Origin: a candidate division FCPU426 bacterium
Lineage (GTDB): Bacteria > Oederibacteriota > PGYV01 > Palsa-1178
Reading direction: 5' to 3'
Length of the DNA stretch: 64,000 bases
Assembly (NCBI GenBank): GCA_963840035.1
Contig: CAWIXE010000001.1
Coordinates: 256,001 to 320,000 of the forward strand
Below the pieces are notes generated by a model that saw only the letters and a list, made by a program, of their open reading frames with translations, was not told where the DNA came from and ran no database searches. How positions within the stretch are numbered: the stretch's first letter is position 1; each line of letters begins with the position of its first letter. The translations under genes were made by a program, and so were the position numbers. Shown piece after piece: positions 40,089-49,711 of this stretch.

Positions 40089-42413
40089 CTACTTTGTAAG
40101 CAGCTCCACTTCCACCCTTCTGCCCGACTTTTCTATCTCATCCCTTGCGGCCTGGTCGGCGTATTCGCCGTCGCCGTAGCCTATTATATAAATATTATCT
40201 TCAGAGACGCCCTGGGCGGTAAACAGGTAGTCCTTTACAGCCTCCGCCCTTTCTATGGAAAGCTTCAGGTTCTCTTCGGGGCTTCCCGCGTCCGTCGCGT
40301 AACCTTTAATGAAGAGGAAATAGTCCTTCGCGAATTTTTTTACCGCTTCAGACGCCTGGTTTAAATATCCGTATTCGGAAACCGGCAATGACTTGCTGTT
40401 TTTATCGAAATCTATGGCAGCCAGTGTGAGTTCAATTCCGGCGTCCTTGAATTCAGGCAGCGCCGACTGTACTAAACCGTCTTTTTCGCTTGTTATCTCG
40501 TTTTTCTGGTACGCGGTTATTGCGTACCTGTAAGTGGACCCTGCCCTTACATAAACGCTCTTTTCATCCGTACCGTCCCATGTAAGGCTTTTTACCGTGA
40601 CCGGCCTGTTCCTGTAACTTTTAATCACCCTGTTATTCTTTCCGTATATCTCCAGGTCCCAGTACTTCACCCTTTCAGGCGAATTAAATGACGGACTGAA
40701 AACAACGGATTCTTTTCCTGCCTTGAAAATTATATTGGCCACCTTTACCCCGACTTTTGTAATTGCGGTATCGATTGTAAAGGCTTCAGCCATGGCGTAA
40801 ACGTTCCCCGCGTAATCTTCCATGGAAATATACGCGTCGTACGCCCCGTCCTTAACGGCGTTATCCAGGGCGTCCTTTCCTCCCCATGAAAGCTTTCCCG
40901 TATACCCGTCGCCGGACATTTTTCTCAATGCCCGCCCTTCGGCGTCGCGGATGGTCAGCGTCCATGATTTTATATCGGAAGCCCTTGTTTTTATATCCAT
41001 GGTCAGTTCATTTATCCTGCTTGTTTTGACAGGCGCGAAAACCTTGGGGTAAAGCACCACGTCAAATGAAGGCGGTGTCGCGTCCACGGTGATAACCTTG
41101 GCTTTCCTCCACGCTGTTTTTCCGTTTATATTTACAGCCAGCTGCGCTATATAATCCCCGTCTTTTGCCGTGACTCCCGGGGATGTTTCCCCGTTCCACG
41201 TAAATGACTGCGCGAGCACTGATGCTCCCTTTTCCTGTTTTACCTGGTTGCCGGCGGCGTCAAGTATGTCAAATACCCATTCTATGCCCTGCGGGTCAGC
41301 CGGTTTATTCTTCAGGTTAAATACCGCTTCCTTATACCTGCTTTCCTTGGACGTTGAGAGGTATTTCTGTGACGGTATGAGATCCATGTTTTTATAAATT
41401 TCAGAAACTGTTTCGAGTTCCCCGGGTTTTACGGCGATTATCTTTTTCTCTTCCTCAATTATCACAGGCGGCCTGTACCCTGTCTTATCCCTGTTTCCGA
41501 AGAAATATGATATATCAAGTTTATGCGTGTCTCCCAGGCTGTTTACTCCCGGCATATAAACATAATCCAGGACAAAGTCTTCCCTGCCGTACGATATTCC
41601 CGCTGTGAATTTATGGTTAGGGTTAAGCGCTTCCCTCCAGAAAAAACCGGCCCTGAAACCGAAATTGCCTATGGCCCTGCTTAAGAACCATTTTTCCCCG
41701 CCAATGTGAACCCCTGCCCTGCTGTGGTTCATTCCTTCGTTTGCCTGCAGAAGGTCAATATCCATGTCAATGACCGCTGTTTTATCAAAGGCATATGACG
41801 CTCCCATCTTAAAAAGCAGCGGCACCCTCTGCCTGACTCCGTTGTCCCACGCGATCACAGCTTCAAGGTCCTGCGCGAGAAACCCGAATTTAATTTTTTT
41901 CTCCAGGAAATCGGGGAAGACCATTACCCCGATGTCGAGGCTGCTGCCGCGGCCGGAAGCCAGGCCGTTGCTTAGTCCCGTGTTTATGAATTTAATATTC
42001 GCGCCCAGGGCGTACGTTCTGGAATCTTCCAGATACCCGGCGGCTGTCAGATACAGGATATCATCGGAGTATTTGGAGGATGAGTACATGCCCTTAAAAT
42101 ACGTGGCTGAAACCGTCATGGAATCAAAAAGCGGGTGGGTGTAGTTTATTCCGAAATCATATTCTTTGCCCTTAAATACGGAATCATAGGAAACGTTTAC
42201 GTTCATCCTGTCCACAAGCACAAGCCCGGCAGGATTCCAAAAATACGCGGAATAATCGTCGGCAACGGCAGTAAAAGCGCCGCCCATTCCGGCTGCCCTG
42301 GCCCCGGCGCCCTTTGAAATATCATCCTTAATGACGCCGCCGAAAATGGCATATGGAAGTAATAAAACCAGTATGAGTATTGCAAACTGTTTTCCCTTTA
42401 ATTTGGTTGTCAT
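40089..42413 (-). CDS. PorV/FadL-like outer-membrane barrel fused to FlgD-like Ig repeats and an OmpA-like C-terminal domain
   Basis: GARAAGMGGAFTAVADDYSAYFWNPAGL; three W(N/G/D)G...G.Y units; IKGYA...NLKLSIERAEAVKDYL...GYG...RRVEV. Confidence 0.8.
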   Translation of the reverse strand: MTTKLKGKQFAILILVLLLPYAIFGGVIKDDISKGAGARAAGMGGAFTAVADDYSAYFWNPAGLVLVDRMNVNVSYDSVFKGKEYDFGINYTHPLFDSMTVSATYFKGMYSSSKYSDDILYLTAAGYLEDSRTYALGANIKFINTGLSNGLASGRGSSLDIGVMVFPDFLEKKIKFGFLAQDLEAVIAWDNGVRQRVPLLFKMGASYAFDKTAVIDMDIDLLQANEGMNHSRAGVHIGGEKWFLSRAIGNFGFRAGFFWREALNPNHKFTAGISYGREDFVLDYVYMPGVNSLGDTHKLDISYFFGNRDKTGYRPPVIIEEEKKIIAVKPGELETVSEIYKNMDLIPSQKYLSTSKESRYKEAVFNLKNKPADPQGIEWVFDILDAAGNQVKQEKGASVLAQSFTWNGETSPGVTAKDGDYIAQLAVNINGKTAWRKAKVITVDATPPSFDVVLYPKVFAPVKTSRINELTMDIKTRASDIKSWTLTIRDAEGRALRKMSGDGYTGKLSWGGKDALDNAVKDGAYDAYISMEDYAGNVYAMAEAFTIDTAITKVGVKVANIIFKAGKESVVFSPSFNSPERVKYWDLEIYGKNNRVIKSYRNRPVTVKSLTWDGTDEKSVYVRAGSTYRYAITAYQKNEITSEKDGLVQSALPEFKDAGIELTLAAIDFDKNSKSLPVSEYGYLNQASEAVKKFAKDYFLFIKGYATDAGSPEENLKLSIERAEAVKDYLFTAQGVSEDNIYIIGYGDGEYADQAARDEIEKSGRRVEVELLTK

Positions 42414-42420
42414 AAGGATA

Positions 42421-42449
42421 ATTATAGGCTAAAACATGGTGAAAAACAA
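42421..42449 (-). promoter_or_regulatory. Sigma-70-type promoter, probably giving a leaderless mRNA
   Basis: TTGTTT-17 bp-TATAAT, then 7 nt to ATG 42413; no SD. Confidence 0.55.
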
Positions 42450-42554
42450 GGGGGGAGAGGTGGGAAAGAGAAAGAGGAAGGAGATAAGAGATAGGAGTAG
42501 ATCAAATACAAAGCAAGCAACACTCCTGTCTCCTTTCTCCTTCCTTTTGTCTCC

Positions 42555-42600
42555 ATTAAACAAAAAAGCCCGGGCTACTGCCCGGGCTTTTTTGTTTAAT
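42555..42600 (-). terminator. Intrinsic terminator after HU
   Basis: aaaaaagcccgggc-tact-gcccgggctttttt with extended arms. Confidence 0.85.
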
Positions 42601-42608
42601 GCTATTGT

Positions 42609-42881
42609 TTAGAGAACGGCTGACTTAAGGTCTTTCGCTATCCTCATTTTTACGACTTTTTTCGCAGGTATGTTGATGGCTTCGCCCGTCATCGGGTTCC
42701 TGCCTACGCGCGCCTTACGGTGTTTTACAGCCAGGATTCCGATTCCCGGAAGTTTAACCTTTTTCTCTTTCTTAAGTGTGGCAACCAGTACTTCTGTGAA
42801 AGCTTCCATCGTCTTCTTTACATCCTTTTTTGCTACGCCTGCTTTGTCCGCGATCGCTGTTACCATTTCTGATTTCGTCAT
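42609..42881 (-). CDS. hup: DNA-binding protein HU
   Basis: MTKSEMV...KARVGRNPMTGEAINIPAK; start reassigned to ATG 42881 after GGAGG. Confidence 0.92.
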   Translation of the reverse strand: MTKSEMVTAIADKAGVAKKDVKKTMEAFTEVLVATLKKEKKVKLPGIGILAVKHRKARVGRNPMTGEAINIPAKKVVKMRIAKDLKSAVL

Positions 42882-42927
42882 GCTTTTGCCTCCTGTTTTA
42901 TGATGTAAAAGCTTTTTTGATACCTTA

Positions 42928-43521
42928 TTAAAATGCCCATCCGATTTCGTAATCAACTGTCGGTGAAATGCTGTTAAATAACTTGAGGTCTCCTGAAGCC
43001 TGTTCTGCCCCTGATTTTACGCTGTAGGACGAACTTACGTTTGTCCATGCTCCAAAGCCGATGCCCATTTCAAATCCGCCTTCCCATACCCACCTGTAAC
43101 CTGCGGAACCGCCGGCCATCATGATTGTCCAGGTGCCTTCGTTTCCTCCGCTTTTGGCGGTAAGGAAGAACGCGTCATACCTTGGCCCTACGAACCAGCC
43201 CGTGCAAGCCTTGCCCATCGGATAGAAAAATAAGTCCCCGCCGAAACCAAAGAAATTTCCCGAGCCGTTTGAAATCGCGTTTACCAGCGGCCAGTACATG
43301 CCCCTGACCCTTAAGCTTAAATTGTCAATTATTTTTCTTTCATAACTGACGTTAAAAAAACCTACCAGATAAGACAGGGCGTTAATGGCTACAATATTCT
43401 CAGCCTTTGGCCCCGGCCCCGCAGGCGTTCCGTCGTCTATCTCCACCATTTTCTTTACGGCAAATGCGCTTACTGAAAAAGCAAGTACCAACACCATTGC
43501 AAAAGCTAAAACTTTTTTCAT
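42928..43521 (-). CDS. Small outer-membrane beta-barrel protein (DUF3575-like)
   Basis: Signal peptide, NVSYER, GWFVGP, AGYRW, C-terminal IGWAF. Confidence 0.7.
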   Translation of the reverse strand: MKKVLAFAMVLVLAFSVSAFAVKKMVEIDDGTPAGPGPKAENIVAINALSYLVGFFNVSYERKIIDNLSLRVRGMYWPLVNAISNGSGNFFGFGGDLFFYPMGKACTGWFVGPRYDAFFLTAKSGGNEGTWTIMMAGGSAGYRWVWEGGFEMGIGFGAWTNVSSSYSVKSGAEQASGDLKLFNSISPTVDYEIGWAF

Positions 43522-43828
43522 TTTGTCCTCCTGAGAATATTTGATTTAAACCCCAAAATCCATACCATATATTGTGTTTTGCATACTTATAGCATACAAT
43601 TAATTTACGGTCAACAAAAAAATGTATTTTTAATGGGTTTTAAGCTGTTTTTTTACAAAAAATGCTTAATTTTAAAGAAATAAACGCTTTTTTGCGTTTT
43701 CCGCGTTATTTGTGGACTTTTATCACTTTTTTTCGTCTGTACAACGTCGTAAGTGGTGGGTAGTGGGTGGTGTGTAGTGTGTAGCAAACCGTATTGTTCC
43801 TAAAGCACTACCCACTACTCACTACCCA

Positions 43829-44491
43829 TTATTTCTTTTCGTTTAAAACCGCCACTTCTTTTATCATTATTTTTTCCTGAGGCTCCCTGTGTATGAGGAA
43901 TATGGCCTCTTCCGCGAATATATTTTCCAGCCCTAACCCCGTCCTGACCATTTTTTGCTTTCCCACGAGGTACACTTCCCTGCTGAATTTAATGCTGTTA
44001 TTCTTGCAGAAGCTTTTAAAGTCCTTTATTGTCAGCAGGTGGATGTTCGGCGTGTTATACCATTCAAACGGAAGTATCTCTGACTTGGGCATCCGTCCTG
44101 TCAGAAAATATTTTAACCGCAGCTTATAATATGCGAAATTCGGGAATGTCACTATGACCTTTTTTCCCACCCTCATTATCTGGTGCATGACATAGTCCGG
44201 CCTTTTGATCGCCTGAAGCGTCTCCGATAATATGACGTAGTCAAAAGACTGGTCCTTGTACTTATGTATGCCGGCTTCTATGTCTTCCTGAATGACGGAA
44301 ACCCCGCGTTTTATGCACTTCAAAACTTCTTCGGTATTGATATCCACGCCCAGGCCGTATACATTTTTACGCGTATACAGCATCTCAAGAAGTTCCCCGT
44401 CTCCGCACCCGAGGTCAAGTACGCGTGAGTTCTCCTCTATCATTCCGGCAATTTCTTCGTATGTGTGCTTTAGGTAGATTTCTTTGTACAT
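43829..44491 (-). CDS. metW: Methionine biosynthesis protein MetW
   Basis: RVLDLGCGDGELL, FDYVILSETLQ, FPNF, WYNTPNIH; follows metX. Confidence 0.93.
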   Translation of the reverse strand: MYKEIYLKHTYEEIAGMIEENSRVLDLGCGDGELLEMLYTRKNVYGLGVDINTEEVLKCIKRGVSVIQEDIEAGIHKYKDQSFDYVILSETLQAIKRPDYVMHQIMRVGKKVIVTFPNFAYYKLRLKYFLTGRMPKSEILPFEWYNTPNIHLLTIKDFKSFCKNNSIKFSREVYLVGKQKMVRTGLGLENIFAEEAIFLIHREPQEKIMIKEVAVLNEKK

Positions 44492-44568
44492 GTTGCTCCT
44501 TAAGGCAGATTTAACTTCAGTTCCGTATGCACTATCTTAAAACTTAAAACCGGCCATCATCATATAAC

Positions 44569-45747
44569 TCATTTCACGTTCAAAAGGAAGTTCTTAAAAG
44601 CCTGCCCCATTATTTTGTTCTCCGCTATTGTCTTTTTTTCAAGCAGGAACGCGTCATGCCCGTGTATGGACTGTATCTCTATGTATGAAACGTCCTTGTT
44701 GTTCATGGTCAGCGCCTGCACTATTTCCTTTGCCTGCGCCGGCGAGAAAAGCCAGTCTGAAGTAAAGGAAACCATGAGTACTTCGGCTTTTATCCTCTTT
44801 AAGGCCTTTGTAAGCGACCCGCCGCCGTACCTGTTGTCCACGTCAAAATAATCCATGGCTTTTGTCACATAAAGGTATGAGTTCGCGTCAAAACGCTCGA
44901 CGAATTTCTTTCCCTGGTGGGCGAGGTAGCCTTCCACGGCAAAACCGTTCTCAAATTGTTTTTCAAAAGGCGTCATTGAAGCGGCCATTGCCGGGTCTTC
45001 AGGCCTGCGGCCGAATTTTTTTTCCATTCCCTCTTCGCTTAAGTATGATATGTGGCCTATCATCCTGGCCACAGCGAGGCCTTTTAACGGCTGGTTCTTC
45101 GCGTAGTTACCGGCCTGCCAGTCAGGATCCATCTTTATGGCGTTCCTGCCGACCGCGTCCAAAGCAATTTCCTGAGCTGAAAGCGCGGCTGAGGCGGCTA
45201 TTACTATGACTGATTTCGGGATATCGGGGAACTGCAGAGCCCAGTCAAGCGCCTGCATGCCGCCCATGGAGCCTCCGATGACTGTAACCAGCTTTTCAAT
45301 GCCCATAGAATCTAAAAGTATCTTCTGGGCTTTTACCATGTCCGGTATGGTCACTTCAGGAAATGTCATACCGAATTCCTTGCCTGTCGCCGGGTTTATG
45401 GATGTCGGTCCGGTTGAACCGTAGCAGCTTCCTATGATGCTGGAGCATATGACGAAGTATTTGTTTGTATCCATAGGCTTGCCCGGGCCTATCATTAAGT
45501 CCCACCAGCCGGTTTTTTTCTTCGGGCCTTTTATGTCGTCGTCGGTATAGTAACCGGCGGCATGAGCCCCTCCGGAGAGGGCATGGCATACCAGTAACGC
45601 GTTTGATTTGTCCTTATTGAGTGTGCCGTAAGTTTCATAGGCTATGGTGACAGGGGCGAGCTTTCCGCCTTTTTCAAGGCTGAGTTCCGCGAACGTGTAG
45701 TACTGCGTCTTAACAATACCCACTGAGTCGCCGGGAGGTTTTTCCAT
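44569..45747 (-). CDS. metX: Homoserine O-acyltransferase
   Basis: CHALSG, GGSMGG, FDANSY, SDWLF, HGHDAFL; start uncertain. Confidence 0.93.
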   Translation of the reverse strand: MEKPPGDSVGIVKTQYYTFAELSLEKGGKLAPVTIAYETYGTLNKDKSNALLVCHALSGGAHAAGYYTDDDIKGPKKKTGWWDLMIGPGKPMDTNKYFVICSSIIGSCYGSTGPTSINPATGKEFGMTFPEVTIPDMVKAQKILLDSMGIEKLVTVIGGSMGGMQALDWALQFPDIPKSVIVIAASAALSAQEIALDAVGRNAIKMDPDWQAGNYAKNQPLKGLAVARMIGHISYLSEEGMEKKFGRRPEDPAMAASMTPFEKQFENGFAVEGYLAHQGKKFVERFDANSYLYVTKAMDYFDVDNRYGGGSLTKALKRIKAEVLMVSFTSDWLFSPAQAKEIVQALTMNNKDVSYIEIQSIHGHDAFLLEKKTIAENKIMGQAFKNFLLNVK

Positions 45748-45872
45748 TTCTTCTCGTATTCTCCTTGATTTTTTATTTGTTGAAAAAATTATAACATAAT
45801 CACAAAAAAATGCATTCATTTTTTGCAATTATGTTTATACCGGAAAACCTCTCTGTCGCGCATGCCTTCTTT

Positions 45873-45950
45873 GTGTCCGCTGCAGGCCGGTTTTCTTTAT
45901 GGCCTGCGCTACTGCGCAATCCATAAAGAAAACCGGCCTGTGGCGGACAC
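45873..45950. repeat. 78-bp palindromic element, copy 2
   Basis: Same loop as 20187-20264 with compensated stem changes. Confidence 0.8.
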
Positions 45951-45985
45951 AACCTTACATAAATTATTACGCGGTAACTTTGTCT

Positions 45986-46921
45986 TCACCCGATGATGTC
46001 CTTAAACAGCCACGTGGAAAGGTATCTCTCCCCGGAATCAGGCAGCAGCACCACTATTGTCTTTCCCTTATTCTCAGCCCTTTTTGCCGCTTCTATCGCC
46101 GCCCACGCCGCTGCGCCGCTTGATATGCCCACAAGCACGCCTTCCTGCCTTGCCAGCTGCCTTGCTGTTTCTCCGGCGTCAGCGTCTTTTACCCTTATTA
46201 TTTCATCTATGATTTCCCTGTTTAATACCTTTGGCACAAAATTGGCGCCGATGCCCTGCAGTTTGTGCGGGCCTGCCGTGCCTGTGGATAAAAGCGGCGA
46301 AGCGTCAGGCTCAACCGCGATTATTTTTATATCCTTGTTTTTCTTTTTGAGAGCCTCGCCGACTCCCGTGATGGTCCCTCCAGTGCCTATGCCCGCCACA
46401 AATATGTCCACTTTTCCGTCCGTATCCTTCCATATTTCCTCAGCCGTGGTTTTTCTGTGTATCTCGGGGTTCGCCGGATTATCAAACTGGCCCATGATGA
46501 TCGACCCCTTTATTTCGTCGGCAAGCTGTTCTGCTTTCGCAACAGCGCCTTTCATCCCTTCAGAACCCGGCGTTAACACAAGCTGCGCCCCGAGTATTGC
46601 GAGCAGCTGCCTGCGCTCTATTGACATGGTGTCAGGCATGGTGAGGATGAGTTTGTATCCCTTTGCTGCGGCTGTAAAAGCAAGCCCGACGCCGGTATTG
46701 CCGCTGGTTGGTTCTATCAGGGTATCTCCCGGTTTGATCTTTCCGCGTTTTTCAGCGTCTTCTATCATGGCCACGCCTATCCTGTCCTTAACGCTTGAGA
46801 GCGGATTAAAAGACTCCATCTTCGCGAGCACCTGCGCTGCCTCTGTACCTTTTGTAAGCCTGTTAATCCTTACAAGGGGGGTGTTGCCTACTGTTTCTGT
46901 GATGTCGTTGTAGATCTTCAT
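45986..46921 (-). CDS. cysK: Cysteine synthase A
   Basis: [31 protein letters not shown]. Confidence 0.97.
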   Translation of the reverse strand: MKIYNDITETVGNTPLVRINRLTKGTEAAQVLAKMESFNPLSSVKDRIGVAMIEDAEKRGKIKPGDTLIEPTSGNTGVGLAFTAAAKGYKLILTMPDTMSIERRQLLAILGAQLVLTPGSEGMKGAVAKAEQLADEIKGSIIMGQFDNPANPEIHRKTTAEEIWKDTDGKVDIFVAGIGTGGTITGVGEALKKKNKDIKIIAVEPDASPLLSTGTAGPHKLQGIGANFVPKVLNREIIDEIIRVKDADAGETARQLARQEGVLVGISSGAAAWAAIEAAKRAENKGKTIVVLLPDSGERYLSTWLFKDIIG

Positions 46922-47005
46922 AAGTCACCTCGTTTGAAAGCCATAGCCCAAAGCCCAAAGCCCAAGGGAGTGCGTTTCCCTGGGCTATGGGCTCTGGAAC
47001 TTGAG

Positions 47006-48280
47006 CTATATTTTATTAAGAGCCTGGTCTATATCCGTGATAATATCATCCGCGTTCTCAATTCCCACTGACAGCCTTATAAAATCTTCCGTAATTCCCG
47101 CTGCTTTTTTCTCCGCGTCCGAAAGCTGCTGGTGTGTGGTTGTCCACGGATGAATGACAAGAGTCTTTGCGTCGCCTATGTTCGCGAGATGTGAAAGAAG
47201 CTTCACGCTGTTTATAAACTTTACCCCGGCTTGTACTCCGCCTTTTATTCCGAAAGCGATCATTCCTGAAGCGCCTCCCGGAAGGTATTTCTGTGCCAGC
47301 GCGTAAGACGGTGAACTTTTAAGCCCGGGATAATTTACCCAGCTTATCTTCTGGTTTGAGCTGAGCCACTGCGCCACCTTCAGGGCGTTTTCACAGTGCC
47401 TTGCGACGCGCAGCGACAGTGTTTCCACGCCGAGCAGTATCAGGAACGCGTTAAACGGGCTTAAGGCCGCTCCTGTATCCCTGAGGGTTGATACCCTGAG
47501 CTTCAGTATGTAAGCCAGCCCCTTGAAAGCCTCGTAAAATTTCATGCCGTGATATGAAGGGTCCGGGTTAACAAGGTCAGGAAAGTTCCCGTTTGCCCAG
47601 TCAAATTTTCCTGAATCAACCACTATCCCGCCCAGCGATGTGCCGTGGCCTCCAAGATATTTTGTGAGTGAATGCACCACTATGTCAGCGCCGTGCTCCA
47701 AAGGCCTTAGAATTGAAGGAGGAGTCATCGTTGAGTCCACTATGAGCGGTATTTTTGCTTCCCTGGCTATTTTTCCCACCGCTTCAATGTCCAGTATGTT
47801 CAGTTCGGGGTTTCCAAGGGTCTCCGCGTATAGAGCCTTTGTTTTTGCGGTAATGGCTTTTTTAAAGTTTTCCGGATTTTTTGCGTCAACAAAGATAACC
47901 TTTATCCCGAGCTTTGGCAGCGTGTGGCCAAAAAGGGTCACTGTTCCGCCGTAAAGGTTTGATGCCGCCACAATCTCGTCGCCCGCAGACGCCAGCCCGA
48001 GTATCGCGGCTGTTATGGCGCCCATTCCTGAAGCAAAGGCAAGCGCCGCAGCCCCTCCTTCAAGCGCCGCTACCCTTTTTTCAAGGACATCGGTCGTTGG
48101 GTTCATCAGCCTGGTGTATATATTCCCGAATTTTTTCAGCGCGAAAAGGTCTGCTGCGTCGTTCGTGTCTTCAAAAGTATATGATGTTGTCTGGTATATC
48201 GGCACCGCCCTTGAATGCGTCTCCTTATCAGGCACGTGCCCCGCGTGAAGCTGTAAAGTTTCAAATTTATATTCTCCCAT
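47006..48280 (-). CDS. metY: O-acetylhomoserine sulfhydrylase
   Basis: [38 protein letters not shown]. Confidence 0.93.
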   Translation of the reverse strand: MGEYKFETLQLHAGHVPDKETHSRAVPIYQTTSYTFEDTNDAADLFALKKFGNIYTRLMNPTTDVLEKRVAALEGGAAALAFASGMGAITAAILGLASAGDEIVAASNLYGGTVTLFGHTLPKLGIKVIFVDAKNPENFKKAITAKTKALYAETLGNPELNILDIEAVGKIAREAKIPLIVDSTMTPPSILRPLEHGADIVVHSLTKYLGGHGTSLGGIVVDSGKFDWANGNFPDLVNPDPSYHGMKFYEAFKGLAYILKLRVSTLRDTGAALSPFNAFLILLGVETLSLRVARHCENALKVAQWLSSNQKISWVNYPGLKSSPSYALAQKYLPGGASGMIAFGIKGGVQAGVKFINSVKLLSHLANIGDAKTLVIHPWTTTHQQLSDAEKKAAGITEDFIRLSVGIENADDIITDIDQALNKI

Positions 48281-48322
48281 TTTATTTCTCCTTTTACGCC
48301 GAAGCGTTTTTGTTTTTATTGC

Positions 48323-48421
48323 TCATTTTTCATTGCTAATTATTATTTGCCTTCCGTTGCTTTGCATGAAGTAACTCTCCACCCAGATCTTGTACTTTTT
48401 CGCTTTTATCGTATCGGTCAT
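48323..48421 (-). CDS. Putative 32-aa peptide
   Basis: AAGGAG RBS; MTDTIKAKKYKIWVESYFMQSNGRQIIISNEK. Confidence 0.35.
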   Translation of the reverse strand: MTDTIKAKKYKIWVESYFMQSNGRQIIISNEK

Positions 48422-48518
48422 TTTGTTCTCCTTTTTTAACTTCGGGCGATTCGTGAATCGCCCCTACAATTTCACGCCAGTTCTTTTACTCCTGTTTCTT
48501 GTCTCCTATCTCCTGTCT

Positions 48519-48989
48519 CTATATATTATAAACAAACTCCTCAATTGCCCTCTTCTTTACTTCCGTTTCCATCTCCACCAGCTGCCTGAAGTCTATGTTG
48601 TCCACTATCCCGCTTATCGCGTCATTTACCCTGGCCCAGATGGGTTTTAATACGCACCTTTTTTCAAAATCACAGTGCTGGTAAGCTGACCTTGACACGC
48701 AGGCAATCGGCGCCAGCGGCCCGTCCATCAGTCTTATTATTTCCCCGAGCTTTATTGTCTCGGGCTCTTTTGCTATGGCATAACCGCCGTTCTTGCCGCG
48801 CTGGCTTCTTACATAACCCGCGTTTTTTAAACTAAGGAGTATCTGCTCAAGAAATTTCTCCGGAATATCCTGGTCTTTTGATATTTCCTGTATCTGGCTT
48901 AAAGCTTCCTGCCCGTTTTGCCTGATATACTTACCGGCAAGAAATACCAGCGACTTAATCGCGTAATCACCTTTATAAGATATCTTCAT
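48519..48989 (-). CDS. Rrf2-family transcriptional regulator (IscR/CymR-like, three Cys)
   Basis: FLEQIL..LK.AG.VRSQRG..GGY; CVS...C....C. Confidence 0.93.
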   Translation of the reverse strand: MKISYKGDYAIKSLVFLAGKYIRQNGQEALSQIQEISKDQDIPEKFLEQILLSLKNAGYVRSQRGKNGGYAIAKEPETIKLGEIIRLMDGPLAPIACVSRSAYQHCDFEKRCVLKPIWARVNDAISGIVDNIDFRQLVEMETEVKKRAIEEFVYNI

Positions 48990-49011
48990 ATTATAGCTCC
49001 TTTTAGTTTCT

Positions 49012-49077
49012 TATCTCGACTTTGTCTATTGCTTTTGTCGACATAACAAATATAACAAAGTTGATAGACAAAGTCAA
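49012..49077 (-). promoter_or_regulatory. Rrf2 operon promoter with candidate operator
   Basis: TTGACT-17 bp-TATATT (49077-49049) overlapped by the perfect inverted 12-mer gactttgtctat (49018-29)/atagacaaagtc (49064-75). Confidence 0.65.
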
Positions 49078-49102
49078 GTTAATAATATATCATTTTTTAT
49101 GT

Positions 49103-49241
49103 TGGTAGCCGCAGCCTTCGAGATGCTATCGCGAGCTTAGCGAAAGAACATTAAATCAGTATAATACCGCTCATCTTGTCGTGTTACTCACGACTGGTCT
49201 GACAGCACCGGCCTTTCGCAACCTAAAGGTTGCGGCTACCA
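49103..49241. repeat. GTAG-type REP doublet
   Basis: tggtagccgcagcctt ... cgcaacctaaaggttgcggctacca. Confidence 0.6.
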
Positions 49242-49258
49242 GACCCCTTATATTAATG

Positions 49259-49385
49259 AAAAAGGCAGGCGTTCTTTGCCTGCCGCATATATAACAACCG
49301 CTTGTCTTTGAGGGAAAGCGAGCGGAGTTGGCACCATTTCTGGTAACTACCGGCTTTCCCTTAGCCTCTGTACTGCGAGAGGTTC
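49259..49385 (-). ncRNA. Candidate structured RNA/attenuator ending in an intrinsic terminator
   Basis: Promoter-like TTGACT and TG-rich -10 upstream; hairpins CCUCU/AGAGG and AGGGAAAGC/GCUUUCCCU capped by ACCA-GAAA-UGGU; terminator GGCAGGC/GCCUGCC-U5. Confidence 0.4.
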
Positions 49386-49576
49386 TACTATAGATATAGC
49401 ACAGGAAAGTCAAAAGTCAAATTATTAATCACAAATCCCAAATCACATATCACATATAAAACCGCGTAATCTAAATAACTGTTTATCACACGGATTATTT
49501 ATTATACAATGCTTTAATTGATTTTGATCCCTTTGGGATTTGTGATTTGGGATCTGTGATTAAACCAAGGAGACTT

Positions 49577-49711
49577 ATGACCAGGATACTTCTCAACGCT
49601 TGCTGCGCACCCGACGCCTATCATAAAGCTTTATCTACCTCGACCCCTCTCCCCTCGAGGGAGAGGGTGATTTTTAGCTCCGCTAAAAATCGGGTGAGGG
49701 GGACGGAATGA
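49577..49711 (+). CDS. 44-aa upstream ORF duplicating the QueH N-terminus
   Basis: AAGGAG RBS; MTRILLNACCAPDAYHK...; TGA overlaps the queH ATGs. Confidence 0.5.
   Translation: MTRILLNACCAPDAYHKALSTSTPLPSRERVIFSSAKNRVRGTE

Noticed and set aside
45993..46913. 306-aa plus-strand ORF (and the 518-aa ORF at 59734-61290)
   Set aside because: Antisense shadows of cysK and an RND permease.
49259..49385. Canonical SAM-I, T-box or cobalamin riboswitch
   Set aside because: Key conserved elements (P1 AUC/GAU and GGCAACC; T-box UGGNACC; B12 box) are absent; kept only as an unclassified candidate.
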